A DNA stretch of 64,000 nt from Eledone cirrhosa. Its lineage: Eukaryota. Where the stretch lies: contig OZ024742.1 in NCBI GenBank assembly GCA_964016885.1, positions 22,010,001 to 22,074,000 of the forward strand, given 5' to 3'. Positions within the stretch are counted from its first letter, which is position 1, and each line of letters begins with the position of its first letter. Of this stretch, positions 1 through 17,853 are shown piece by piece. Below the pieces are notes generated by a model, which saw nothing but the letters and a program-made list of their open reading frames with translations, did no database searches and was not told where the DNA came from. The position numbers and the translations under genes are program-made.

Positions 1-1064
1 GAATCTAACATCTCCACATCAGATTAGGCACCATTAAACGTCATAAAAAATGGAGCTGAACTATATGTAGAATAGACATAATCTTAGTCTTAGCTAGACT
101 CCCACACAAAAGAATATTTCCATACACAACTAAACCATTCATCTGGAACCTAACTACTTGATCGCAAGTTTTAAATGTCCATTAATTTCCTTATTCATTG
201 TCTATATATTTTAATCGTTCATACAATGATCAATTATTGATCAATAGTTTGTCATCAATGGGGTTATTAATTACACATAGAATCATTGAACAGTGAACAG
301 ATATAATTGTTAGACTGTATAAGGAGTAATATGACGTAGTGTGGCTCAATATCTCTGTAGATTTTCAATTCATGAACTGGTTGATATGGTAGAATCATTA
401 GGGTGCTCTATAAAATGCATTGTGATATATATTTTGGCTCTCTCCATTCTGAGTTCGAATCCTACCAAAGTCAACTTTGCATGTCTTTCCATTGTCAATA
501 TAAAAAGTAACAAGCCGGCGAAATGACAGAGTCGTTAGAGTGTCGGATAGATTGCTTTGCTTTGCAATATTCCTTCAGGCTCTCTGATTCCAAATCCCGT
601 CTAGGTCAACTTTGCTTTTCATCCTTTCAAGGTCGATAAAAAAGTACCAGTCATGTACTGGGGTTAATTCTTCCTCTATATATCTTTCACACTTCAATTC
701 TCTCACTCTCTATCCTTCTCTGGAAGAAATCTGCTGTATTCAGACACGAAGAAGAGATGGATTCTGCCAGGTTGAAAGAATGCCCTAGAAACACCATATA
801 TGAATGTGGTGCCCCTACGACTCCTTCGGGAATTACGGGACTAAGAAGAAAATATAGAGAACCATTGCGTTCCTCTACCTTCTGAGTTAAAATCCTGCCA
901 TGGCTAGCTTTGCTTTTCATCTTTACGGGGTCGATAACGTAAAGTGCCAGTAATGTACTGGGGTCAATTTGGTCGACTTTCCCCTCCCCAATGTTTTTGT
1001 TCTTGTACCTAAATAAATAAACCAAAAACCGATATATGAAATACCTGTCCAACGCTGATGCATC

Positions 1065-1067
1065 TCA

Positions 1068-1113
<46 letters not shown>

Positions 1114-1482
1114 ATCTCGCTCTCTCTCTATATATATATAAATCTATCTACCTATCTCGCTCTCTCTATATATATATATAAATCTATCTACCTATCTCGC
1201 TCTCTCTCTCTATATATATATATATATATCTACCTATCTCGCTCTCTCTCTATATATATAAATCTATCTACCTATCTCTCTCTATATATATATATAAATC
1301 TATCTACCTATCTCTCTCTCTATATATATATACAAATCTATCTACCTATCTCGTGCTCTCTCTATATATATATAAATCTATCTACCTATCTCTCTCTCTA
1401 TATATATATATACAAATCTATCTACCTATCTCGTGCTCTCTCTATATATATATAAATCTATCTACCTATCTCGTGCTCTCTC
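1065..1482. repeat. Compound (CT)n/(TA)n minisatellite with a recurring aatctatctacctatctc motif
   Basis: About 10 imperfect units visible directly. Confidence 0.9.
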
Positions 1483-2072
1483 CAACAAAGACAATTATAA
1501 ACAATTATCTGAGGTTTTAAAATTTCATTTAAAAAATGTCACCCGTAATCAACTGGTTTTGTTTTCGTCGATATATTTAATTAATCCTATTAATTATTCA
1601 CATACTGTTAGAGGAAATGAAGATTTATTCTATGGAATGGAACCTCAGCAGTTCCATCAACGAATGTTCCAGTTATTTAGTCAATGGAACAATCTGCTCA
1701 TGGAATTAAAGAGCCAGCAGCTGAGTATTCCACAGACACGTGTACACTTAACGCAATCCCCAGGGAGATTCAGTATAACACATTGAGTGAGAAGGTTGAC
1801 CCTTTGAATTACATATACAATCCATCCAATGGGTTTCCTAATTCCACTAACAAGATATGGCTATGGTATATGACACTTGGCCAAGCTGTCAGGATGTGGT
1901 ATCGAACCAAGCACCAAATGACTACGAGGTGAACTCCTCAACCATTCAGTCAAAATGAATCATCCAGCAAGTGTGAAAAGGCCCTGGATTGGATTGGATT
2001 GGAATATCTGTCTCGCTATGAATGATCACAGATTATAACACCAACAGCGAGACTTATATATGTTTATTATAG

Positions 2073-2245
2073 TACCGGTAGAGGGTTGGACGCCATGCTT
2101 TCTAGCATCGTTACGTCCCTTTACGGTCTGAGTTCAAATCCCGTCGAGGTTAACTTTGCCTTTCATCCTTATGGGGTCGATAAAATAAAGTACCAGTAAT
2201 GTACTGGGTAATTTGCTGGCCTTGTGCCAAAAGTAGAAACAATTA
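2073..2245 (+). mobile_element. SINE-like family B, representative copy. Other copies at about 400-680, 870-1020, 2350-2510, 4655-4870(-), 5800-6160(-), 6690-6842, 6945-7135(-), 24380-24550(-), 26420-26575(-), 34205-34482, 36060-36165(-) and 36585-36735(-)
   Basis: B-box-like gagttcaaatcc followed by a recurring core ctttgcctttcatcct..ggggtcgataaaataaagtaccag and a tail ggccttgtgccaaaagtagaaacaatta. Confidence 0.8.
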
Positions 2246-3365
2246 TATATAAACATAACATATATACTTTAATATACAGTAGTAAAATATTATGTTTTAT
2301 TTGTTTACTTTGTAAATTTAATATCTTTTATGGATAAGTATAACTAGGAGGAAGGCGGCGAATTAACAGCATTATTAGAACCTCGGAGTGAATATTTTAC
2401 AGTATTCGTTTCGGTTCTCCTCTCTCTGAGTTCAAATCCTGCCGAGATAAACTTTGCCTTTCATCTTTTCAAGGTCGATGAAAATAGTACTAATCCAGTA
2501 CTGGAGTCGATTCTTCTTTCTCTCTCTCTGCTATGTTTGAACTGGGAGAGAGATAGGTTCCGTCCAAGAAACCATCGGGTGTTACAGAACAATACCATAC
2601 CCTATCATGGCGTAATTCTATATATATACATATATATGTGTGTGTGTAAGATAAAGCAATACCTTAAACAAAATATAAAAGCAGTGAGTTACTGAAATAT
2701 TTTCAATGAAAACAAAAGTCAACAAATGTCATCTTGCATTTCTTTATTTATCTTTTAAATATCATAACAGTATGATAAAATACCATATAAAAAAGTTATC
2801 TTTCTATAACTAAAGAGAAAATATGTTAAAATATTTATTACAAAATATCATGTAATATAATGTTGATAAACCTTTGACGAAATATCAGTTATCTCGCTCT
2901 ATCATTTGATAACAATATATCAGGTAGATACTTGTATTTAATAAGACAATTTTTTATAAAAATCTAACAAGTTTTTACATTGGCACAAAAAATTAGAGTT
3001 GAGGTGAGTTTATCAAATCAACTCCAAAATAGCACTGGTATTTCTTCCCTCCTTCATCAAACCCAGACGAATGAATGATAAATTTGATCATAAGAAGTTT
3101 TAACAAGATTTGAACTGAGACGTCAGGGGGTTGAGACTAAACACAGTTTGATATTTAAGTCTGTTGATGTAGCATTTCTACATTTCACTGAGAATGTAAT
3201 GTCAGAGACAAGGAAATGTTTGAGGAATGAAATTTTTTTTTTTATAATTATTTTAAAAGCTGTAACAAGATCTCAAGAAAAATGTTTTTAAAAGAACCAA
3301 TAATGGACCAATAAAATGTTATGTTCTTTATTTTTTATTGAATAACAGTAAAAGTGTAACACCAA

Positions 3366-3404
<39 letters not shown>

Positions 3405-4190
3405 TAAATCTCTCTGTGTCTGGATCTCTCTCTCTACTTTATATATATATATAGAGAGAGAGAGAAAGAGAGAGGGGGGAGAGATATGGAAGGATATAGT
3501 ATAACATTATGATTATAAAAATATTAGTAAAATTCAATTGCAAATTAGATTTCAAATTTCATTATTTTATATACATTGTTTCTACTTTTTTGGCGCAAGG
3601 CCAGCAATTACCCAGGAAAGTACCAGTAATGTACTGGGTAATTTGCTGGCCTTGTGCCAAAAAAGTAGAAAATTATTTTATATACATTTGATGAAAATAA
3701 TATATAGAGAGGGGGAGAAAGACTGATTGATAGACAGGTAGATACATACAGAGATGATATGAACATATAAATATATATATAGAGAGAGAGAGAGGAGGAG
3801 AGAGAGTGGGGAGAGAAGGAGAGAGAGGAGAGAGAAGAGAGGGAGGGAGAGAGAGTGAGTGAGTGAGTGAGTGAGTGAGTGAGTGAGTGAGTGAGTGAGT
3901 GAGAGAGGGAGAGAGAGCGTGAGATGAGGGAGAAGAACATATTTATAAATATATGCATGTGTATGTATGTATGTGTAGAGTTTAAAATAAATGTTAAATT
4001 TAATTCTTTTATTCTCTAACAAAGACACTTTAGTCTACATCTCAGTAATTATCATACCCTGTTCATTCAGCAGTCGGAATTATGTACCTTAATTTAAATA
4101 AAACCACTCTGTAATATACAAGCATCCGATCAGGTGAATATGTCTGTCTGTAGAGAGAGGGAGAAATAGACAGAGAGCGTAAGAGATATA

Positions 4191-4390
4191 CGAGAGTAGG
4201 TTTAAAAATTCATAGGCTGACGATGTAATATTAGAGCTGTGAAATATCGCATACAGGTGGTGCTTATTAAGTTAGACATGGCCTGGGCCAATACCTATCA
4301 AAGTTATCAAAGTTACATTAATTTCAAATTCAATTTGCTAATTCCATGAGAGTCTCTTGGTCAGCCTATGAACTGTTCAACCGATCCTCA
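4191..4390. mobile_element. Tc1/mariner-type MITE
   Basis: TA-flanked. Imperfect ~30-bp TIRs cgagagtaggtttaaaaattcataggctgac / gtcagcctatgaactgttcaaccgatcctca. Confidence 0.7.
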
Positions 4391-5009
4391 TATCTTAGAC
4401 CCTGTATAAATGTAATCTTAATTGAAGTTGGAGGAAATATCATTTAGAAAGAAGCATTAGCATCAAATTAGATTCCCGAAACACATTTTTGTCTCAAATC
4501 AAAATAAGCATTAAATAGTAGATCCAATTAAATTGACCCCAGAATATTACTGGTAATTTTTAACCAAGAAATGAAATGAAAAAAAAAAGAGAAAAAACAA
4601 TCTTGTCAGAATTTGAACTCAAATTGACATTAAGTTACATTTCATGAAAATATTAGTTTCTAATTTAGGGACAAGGTCAACAATTTGGGGGAGGGGAAAA
4701 GTCGATTAAACTGACCTCAGTGCGTTACTGGTACTTTAGACCTCGTAAAAATGAAAGGCAGAGCTAACCTCGACAAGATTTGAACTCAGATGGTAAAGGG
4801 CCGTAACTCTATGCCATAAAACGTTGTCCGACGCTCTACCGATACTGCCTACCCCCCCCCCCCGCCCTACATTTTATGAAAATATAAAATATATGAGGTT
4901 GGGACGATTTTTCTATATAAATACCTAAATTTCATATTGTAATAGATTTAACAATTATAATAGGGTTTGGATCTCAGTTCATTCTAGCATGAGTATTTCA
5001 ATTGCAAGT

Positions 5010-5246
5010 GGCTGAGCATTATAAAGATGTGTCTTAATAATTTAGTTCTCATGGAGATTCAGCGTGGCCTCAGATTGTGACATGTGTGACCCTTTAAATT
5101 ACAGGTATGACCTATTTCTCCCAGCTGAGTGGACTCCATCAATATGAGATCGTGCCTTGTTCAAGGTCACAACCCGCCACCAGGAATCGAACTCACTACC
5201 TCACGATCGGGAGTCAAACACCCTAACCACTAAGTCCCGCGCCTTC
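5010..5246 (-). mobile_element. CORE-type tRNA-derived SINE, older subfamily; related pieces at about 1716-1830, 7570-7760 and 52321-52581
   Basis: Reverse strand shows A-box (ttagtggttagg), B-box (gagttcgattcc) and a CORE-like ccttgaacaaggcac segment. Confidence 0.65.
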
Positions 5247-5753
5247 ATATAAACATAGAGCTGTATAACGGTATAAATTGCCATACTGGAATTAAGGTAG
5301 AAAGTAAGTACAGGACTCATTTATAGACAATGATAAATCCATGTTGAGTGGGAAAGGACCTGTCAAACCCACCCAGACATAAAAGGTTGGCGGTGATATG
5401 TAAATGATTTACAGAATATAATAATAAAATGATCCGATCACTTTACATAATAACGAAGAGTTGATTAAAAAAAAAATAACTTTGACGGCAACAGTAAATA
5501 TTTTAGTCTAAGGGCGATAACTCTCAATCGTCTAAATACGAGTTATTGAGACGAAAAAGAAAAGTTCGATGTGTCTGAAGTTCTTAGAATTAGCAATACT
5601 TTCCGAATTTTATTGTTTGTTTGTTGGTATTTTTTTTGTTTTTTAACTTCCTTACATTTAAAGATACATGATTAATTGCATTAAATTTTGAATACTATTT
5701 AATAATTTTAAACGTTTGAAATAAACATATGAATATATATTCTTATAAAAATT

Positions 5754-6096
5754 AAGTTTCTGATGTAAGGGAGATAACTCTAAGTGAAAAATACGAAAAA
5801 TAATTGTTTCTACTTTAGGCACAAGGCCAGCAATTACCCAGTGCATTACTGGTACTTTATTTTATCGACCCCGTAAGGATGAAAGGCAAAGTCAACCTCG
5901 GCGGGATTTGAACTCAGATCGTAAAGTTTCTGATGTAAGGGAGATAACTCTAAGTGAAAAATACGAAAAATAATTGTTTCTACTTTAGGCACAAGGCCAG
6001 CAATTACCCAGTGCATTACTGGTACTTTATTTTATCGACCCCGTAAGGATGAAAGGCAAAGTCAACCTCGGCGGGATTTGAACTCAGATCGTAAAG
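5754..6096. repeat. 170-bp tandem duplication spanning a SINE end and its flank
   Basis: 5754-5923 is repeated at 5924-6093, with aag microhomology at the junction. Confidence 0.9.
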
Positions 6097-8212
6097 GGAC
6101 GTAACCATGCTGGAAAGCATGGCGTCCGACCCTCTACCGATACTGCCAATCCACCGCCCTGCAAAGAAATGTTAGCTTTAAAATAATAAATTACATTTAC
6201 ATAATTAGTGGGTTATTTTGGGGGGTCTTTTACGATCTTTTAATGAAATTAAAAGCTTTTTCTTGTATGTATTTTAATATATCATATCTTGCAAATTTAA
6301 CAATGGTGGAACAAATCATAAAAAAGACACTGAGTATCAGAGAAAAAATATTGATATGAACGTTTTTATGGAATGGACTTCCGTCGGTTTCGACGATGAC
6401 TGATCATGTTGTTTGACCAACAGAACAAATAAAAAAAAAAAGACTTTTATAACCATCTTTTTTATCACTAAATTTATAGCTCACACCAGTCTCCAATGAG
6501 GTTGAATCTCATAGCTGGTTTCTTGAGTGATTCAACGATAAGGGCCCCCCGGTCCTATCATTTTACAAGAAGAGTACATACAGGAAATATAATTAAAAGA
6601 GAGATGTGATAACAATTAAGGAATTGGCTGGTGTAATTAATTAAAATGTTATTCCAATCAGAGTTTGTTATAAGAAAGCATTATCACAGTGAATTGGCAG
6701 TATCGGTAGAGGGGTGGACGCCATGCTTTCTAGCATAGTTGCGAAGGTTAACTTTGCCTTTCATCCTTATGGGGTCGATAAAATAAAGTACCAGTAATGT
6801 ACTGGGTAATTTCTGGCCTTGTACCTAAAGTAGAAACAATTATTAGTTGTGATAAGTTATTGATTTGTTGACATCTGAAATCTCTTCCACACTGGAGTAC
6901 CAATCATATAAATACCCTACTTTGAGTATCTATCATAATAGTTTCTGATTTAGGCAGAGTGCCAGCAATTTTTTTTTTTTTGTGGGGGTATCAATTAAAT
7001 CGACCCGAGTGTGTGACTGGTACTTTCTTTTATCGACCCCCATAAGGATGAAAGGCAAAGCTAACTTAGAACGTAAAATGCTGTAACTATAAGCCATAAA
7101 GCATATTGTCCGACGCTCTACCAATACTGCCACCAATGGAGTGTCTCTCATATTGGAATCATCATTATCTTCATCATCATGACTCCCATGTGAGGATTAC
7201 TATAAAGAATTTACATATGTGAGGGTGGAGGTCTTGCTGATGCTACACTCACTTGACTAAAGTAGTATATAATGATGATTCCAATATGAGAGACACTCCA
7301 TTGGTGGCAGTATTGGTTGGCATATACATGGTGGCATATACATGGTTATAACATATAAAATAACATACTGTACTGGTATAAGATAGTTATAACATAGCAT
7401 TGAGATTACTTAGCTATAAGATATAGCGTGACTTAGATATAACATAAAACATATACTGTGTTGATATTACATAAAAATAATGGATGATAACATAACAATA
7501 TCTTTTTTATGATAGACAAGATCCCAGACCTCATTTGCTAACCAAGTGGGGTGGAACTTATCAAATCAAACCAAGGAAACAATATTTCCATTGGTCTTTC
7601 CATTGCTGATACTATCAGCCAGTCACAACTCCTAACAGAAGGAGCAACATGAAATAAAGTGTCTTGCTCAAGGACATAATATGCTGCCTGGTCCAGGAAT
7701 CGAACTTGCAACCTCATGATTGAGAATCCAATTCCCTAACCACTAAGCCAGGCACTTCATCATATTGATATAACATAGTTAAAACATATAGTATAATATA
7801 TAGTATCAATATTACCTAGTTATAATATTCAGTATAAAATATGTCATTGGTATTATATAGCTATAAGAAAGTATCACATATAGTATGAGTATTACATACA
7901 TATAACTAATATTATACCAGCATTGGTATAAAATAGTATTCATATTACATAATATTGTGTGAGGCACAATGTGAGTGTATAGGTATATAAGTGTGTACAA
8001 GATGTATTTACATTCAAGTTTGAGCACTTGACAATCTCATTTATATATATATCTTCATCATCATCATTTAACGTCCATTTTCCATGCTAGCATGGGGTAG
8101 ATGGGTTGTTCCATTGTGAGACAGCCAGGTCGGAGAACTGTGTTTTGCTCACACATAACTGATTTTGGTTTGGGTTGGATGCCTTTCCTAATGCCATATA
8201 TATATATATATA

Positions 8213-8520
8213 TATATAAGGAAAATGATAAAAAAAAGGGTTTGATAAGAACACCTGGTATATATATATATAAAGGATCTTTATAACATGTACAAAAATT
8301 GATGTTAGCCACAAATGTGGTCAAGAACCAGCATGCAGGAGTTTTAACGAAAATATAATTTAACCTAATAACAAATGTTTTGATAATCCAAAACGGAGAA
8401 AGCAGACTTTACTAACATCAATTTTTAACATCAAGTTTTATACATGTTATAAAGATCCTTTTCATATATATACCAGGTATGCTTTTCAAACCCTTTTTTT
8501 TAAATAATTTTCCTTATATA
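8213..8520. mobile_element. MITE/foldback element with ~95-bp imperfect TIRs
   Basis: aaggaaaat...gggtttga..acctggtatata...aaggatctttataacatgta..ttgatgtta is mirrored by taacatcaa..tacatgttataaagatcctt..tatataccaggt..tcaaaccc...attttcctt. TA flanks. Confidence 0.75.
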
Positions 8521-9642
8521 ACGCAATGTGTATAGAATGTTTTCTAATGTCCACACATTTTTCACTATATATGGACATTAAACGATGATGATGATGATGA
8601 TATATATATATAATCATCATCATCATCATCATCGTCTATTAACATCTATCTTCCACGCTAGCATGGGTTAGACCGGTTTGTCTTAATTAGAGGCAAGTTG
8701 GGTCGGGTGATCGTGTCTCATTCATATAGAATCTAGATGCCCTTCCTAATGCCAACCAGATTGACAGTGTGTGCTGGGTGCTTTTTGCCATGTCTTTTAC
8801 ATGTCCTCTTTGCAGTGTGGGCTGAGTGCTTGGAGGCTGGTTTTCTATGTCTAGATGCCCTTCCTAACACCAACCACATTTACAGTGTGTGCTGGGTACT
8901 TTTTGTTGTGACACCTACACGATATATATATATATATATATATATACATACATACATACATGTATGTGTGTGAGTGTGTTTTAATTGACCAGACTTGCAT
9001 TATGTATTGTATTTCTTTCATTATGATAAAAACAAACACACAAACAAATATACAAACTAAAATAAAATAAAATAAAATACACAAAAACAATCATGTGAAG
9101 TGAATTGACATGATTTTTAGCAATGTTAATGTTTCAAGTTTTGCCAGAGTTTGCAGCCAAACAAAGCCACAGTCCTCACATACACACATTTTTACTGTCA
9201 CTTATTATTTCCTTTCATGTAATGTTTCGTTGAATATTAGTAGAATGGAATGGTGTTTGTTAAGAGTTAGATTCTCGCTTGTTTTTAGTAGTTTACCAAA
9301 GATTTAGTATTTTACAGAGGTTTTAGTATTTGACGTATGAAAAAAAAAAGAAGGAAAAAAAACGAAATAAAATTTCAAAACCAAACAAATAAAAGAAACT
9401 AATGTTCCAAAGATGTGGTTCTGCCAAATTTTGGTTCCTAATCACTGACAGTAATTCGGTCACTGCTGTTTGTTTGTTGTTTGTTATTATTATTATTATC
9501 ATTACTACTACTAGTAGCAGTAATACTACTATTACAATTATTACCAACCTGTGCTGTCCTTAATGTATTTTTTATGTAAACCCTTTGTGGTCAATAAACA
9601 TTATTATTATTACTAGTGCTACCATTACGACTACTACTACTA

Positions 9643-9673
<31 letters not shown>

Positions 9674-9904
9674 TGCTATTACCATTATTATCATTGTTGT
9701 TGTTATTATTATTGTTGTTTTTTTGGCATTGAAAACACTCATAAAAAAGGTGAAATAAAAACAGTTAATGGCTCTTCTGTTATCCAAAGAAGTGTTTCTG
9801 TGCCAAAATAAAAGGTTTTTGATGTTCTTAACTAGCCATAGAAAGTGTAGAGAAAAGCAGTATATTTTCCCCCTACTCATGTATAAGTGATATAATGTCA
9901 ACTA

Positions 9905-9916
9905 ATATGTATATAC

Positions 9917-9966
<50 letters not shown>

Positions 9967-10148
9967 ACATATATGTATATATATATATGTATATACATAC
10001 ATATATATATATGTATATATGTATACATATATACATACATATATGTATATACATACATATATATGTATATATGTATACATATATATATATATATATATGT
10101 ATACATATATATATATATATGTATATATATATACATACATATGTATAC

Positions 10149-10179
<31 letters not shown>

Positions 10180-10226
10180 CATACATATGTATATATATAT
10201 ACATACATACATATATGTATATATAT

Positions 10227-10293
<67 letters not shown>

Positions 10294-10382
10294 CATACAT
10301 ATATATATGTATATATATATACATACACATATATATATATGTATATATATATACACATATATATATATGTATATATATATAC

Positions 10383-10421
<39 letters not shown>

Positions 10422-10490
10422 CATACATATATATGTATATACATACATATATATATGTATATATATATACATACATATATATATATATAT
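9905..10490. repeat. (TA)n/(TACA)n compound microsatellite
   Basis: Directly visible. Confidence 0.95.
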
Positions 10491-11830
10491 GTAGAGAAAA
10501 ACACAATGGAAAGCATCCAGCAAATAGCAAACTCCATCCACCAGAGTATTAGAGTTACTATAGACTACCCAAGTAAGCACCCCAACCATCGATTACCTGT
10601 ACTAGACACAGAGCTCTGGTTAGATACCATTAATAACAAAAAACAAATCCTCCATTCCCATTATGCCAAACCCATGACTTCCAAACATCTGATCCACCGG
10701 ACCATACCAAAATCAACATACTGATTGCGGATTTGGTACGGGTGATGAGAAATGTGTCCCGCATGTGCAACCTCGAAGAACTAGAGAGACACATACAACA
10801 CTTCAACCACCGTATGCAGTTCTCTGGCTACAATCAGAGAGATAGAATCAGAGTGTACAGAGGAGCCAGAACCAAATGGGAAAAAATGGTAAATAATGAC
10901 ATAAATGGGACCTGCCCCTTGTATAGGAGCAAATTTTGGAATAGAATAGAAAGAACTAGGAACAAAGCTAATAGAATAAACTCATGGTATGATAGCAATA
11001 AATACCAGAGTGTAATGTTCATCGATACAACCCCTAGAGGTGAATTAGCTTACAAATTTAGAAGGGCCCTAAATAAACATAAACTCAATATTAAGATAGT
11101 AGAAAGACCAGGTACCTCCGTAAAAACACTTATTAGCAAGACATACCCTTTTCAAAGACCCCCATGTATAGATAAGAAATGTATAACCTGTAAAATAAGC
11201 CCCCATATTAACTGTAAAACTAGAAATGTAGTGTATAGCATAAGATGTACTGAAGGACAATGTAGAGACAAAAATATAGTGTACATAGGTGAGACAGCTC
11301 GTAGTGTAGGGGAACGGATAAATGAACACTGGCGAGACCTTCAAGATAGTAAAGAATCATCTGTACTCTACCAACATGCCACAATAGAATACAACGGTAA
11401 ATTAGAGAACATAGAAATAAAAATAGAATCTACACACAGAAAAGACGCAATGTTTAGACAAATTACAGAGGCAATAAACATAAAAGAATTACAACCAAAA
11501 TTAAATAGAAAATATGAGTGGAACAGCAACATCACAACTTACAATTAAGGACAAAATGAAAACACACACACACATAGAACAAACAACCAACCAGTAACAT
11601 GTAAATAAACAAATAAATAAATGAACATAAACACACACAGACACCCAGATGTGGCGCATGCGCAGACTGAGCATACAACACACACACAGAAACAAAATGG
11701 CGTACGACAGAACAAAGGAGAGGCACAGAAACAAAGAAAGGAATGCCCAGTCACTGAAGAGGTCACAGAGTGTGTGACGAAAGATCTATGACAATATATA
11801 AACAACTATCTGGTTGTGGAACCAACCAAC
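10491..11830 (+). mobile_element. 5'-truncated Penelope-like retroelement: RT C-terminus, Cys linker, GIY-YIG endonuclease and pLTR
   Basis: LPVLD and HYAKP motifs (10491-10724), then ORF 10733-11548 with PCIDKKCITC, NVVYSIRC...VYIGETARSVGERINEH...R-ITEAINI...PKLN. Confidence 0.9.
11750..11792 (+). ncRNA. Minimal type I hammerhead ribozyme (Penelope pLTR)
   Basis: gtca-CTGAAGA-g-gtcaca(gagtg)tgtgac-GAAA-gatc-TA-tgac: stem I gtca/tgac, stem II, palindromic stem III. Confidence 0.85.
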
Positions 11831-11982
11831 CAACCAGAAATTTATAAATTTATAAATTTATTATAAATTTATTATAAATTTATTATAATATTAAATTGAA
11901 GTGAAAGCATGGTGAGTGTGTTTCTTATTGGCAACATGACCCTCCCAAAGTATAACAATATATATACATACATATATATATA

Positions 11983-12815
11983 TCATCATCATCATCATTT
12001 TACGTCCGCTTTTCCCTGCTTGCAAGGGTGGGACGGGTCTTATTCAGCACAGCATCTCTCCACTCGTCACGGTCCCTCGTCATCTCCACCGTGAGCTTCA
12101 ATGATCTGAGGTCTGTTCTCACCACCTCCGCCCATGTTTTTCGTGGTCTACCTCTACCACGTCTTCCTTCAACTGGCATTTTCTGGCACTTCTTCACCCA
12201 TCGGTCATCCTCCATGCGCATCACATGTCCATACCACCTCAGTCTCCTCTCCCGTACACTACATTCTATCCCTCTCAGACACAGTTTCTCTCTCAACACA
12301 TTTATGCTGGGTCGTTCATGCACATTTACACTGCACATCCAACGGAGCATGCTTGCCTCATTTCTCTCCAGCCGTCGCATATCTTCTGCGGTAGCTGCCC
12401 ATGTCTCACTACCATGCAGCATCGCGCTCCTCACACAGGCATCATACAACCGGCCTTTCGTACGCAGGGAGAAACCCTTCTTCGTCAACAGAGGAAGCAG
12501 CTCCCTAAACTTCTTCCAACCCGTCCTTATTCTAGATACTATGGCCTCGGAACACCCTCCTCCCATGCTAATCTGATCTCCTAGGTACAGGAAGCTATCC
12601 ACCACTTCTATAGCGCCCTCTCGCATTTGAAAAATGTGTCTATCAGTGCGACTTCTACTGTCTAATTTCCCTGTACATCTACTGCATACATATTTCTCCC
12701 TACCTGTTAGTTTGCCTACTATCCCGCTACATCTCTTGTGTACCCAGGACCTACATTGTGTGCATTTTATAGAATTTATGCCAGTTCCTTTTCTGCATAT
12801 CGAACATGGCCATCG
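11983..12815 (-). mobile_element. RTE-clade LINE 3' fragment with PHD-like finger and (GAT)n tail
   Basis: [65 protein letters not shown]; tail gcggacgtaaaatgatgatg. Confidence 0.93.
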
Positions 12816-14432
<1,617 letters not shown>

Positions 14433-15247
14433 AGGGTAAGAACGGGATGGAAGAAGTTAGGGAACTACTACCACTGCTAGCTGCAAAAGGCTTCTCCCTC
14501 AGAATGAAAGGCAGACTGTATGATGCGTGTATCCGAACAGCGATGTTGCATGGTAGTGAGACCTGGGCGCTGAAGGTGGAAGACTTACGTAGATTAGAGA
14601 GAAATGAAGCCTGCATGCTCCGATGGATGTGTAACAGTAATATACGTGAACGACAAAGCATAAGGGAATTGAGAGAGAGACTGAGCATAAGAGGAATCAA
14701 ATGCTGCGTGCAGGAGAGGAGGTTACGCTGGTATGGACATGTGATGCGTATGAAGGATGACAGCTGCATAAAAAGGTGCAGAACACTACAAGTTGATGGA
14801 AACCGCGGAGTGGGGAGACCCAAGATGACTTGGGATGAGGTGATAAAAGCCGACCTTACCCAACTACACCTCTCAAAAACAATGACACACGACCGTGACT
14901 TCTGGCGTCACGCAGTAATACAGGGTACCCGACCTGCCATGGGTACATGCTGAAGCATATAAACAATATGCCCCAACTCCCCCCACCGCAAGGTGGTCGT
15001 GGAGGTGCCACGGCAAAAAAGCACCCAGCCCACACTGTAAGGTGGACGTGTAGGCGACAAGAAAAAGCACCCAGCACTCACTGTAAATGAGGTTGGTGTT
15101 AGGAAGGGCATCCAGCTGTAGAAATCAAGCCAGATCAGTTCCTGTATGAGCAAGGCATGGTCAGCCGACCAGACACTGCCCACAACAGGACAACCCGTCT
15201 AACCCATGCTAGCGTGGAAGAACGGACGTAAAACGGTGATGATGATG
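14433..15247 (+). mobile_element. RTE LINE 3' fragment (second subfamily) fused to a SINE-like 3' half with (GAT)n tail
   Basis: ORF 14447-14953 ([14 protein letters not shown]...[12 protein letters not shown]...GRPKMTW), then gtggtcgtggaggtgccacggc...aggaagggcatccagctgtagaaa as in the CORE-SINEs. Confidence 0.88.
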
Positions 15248-17852
<2,605 letters not shown>

Positions 17853-17853
<1 letters not shown>

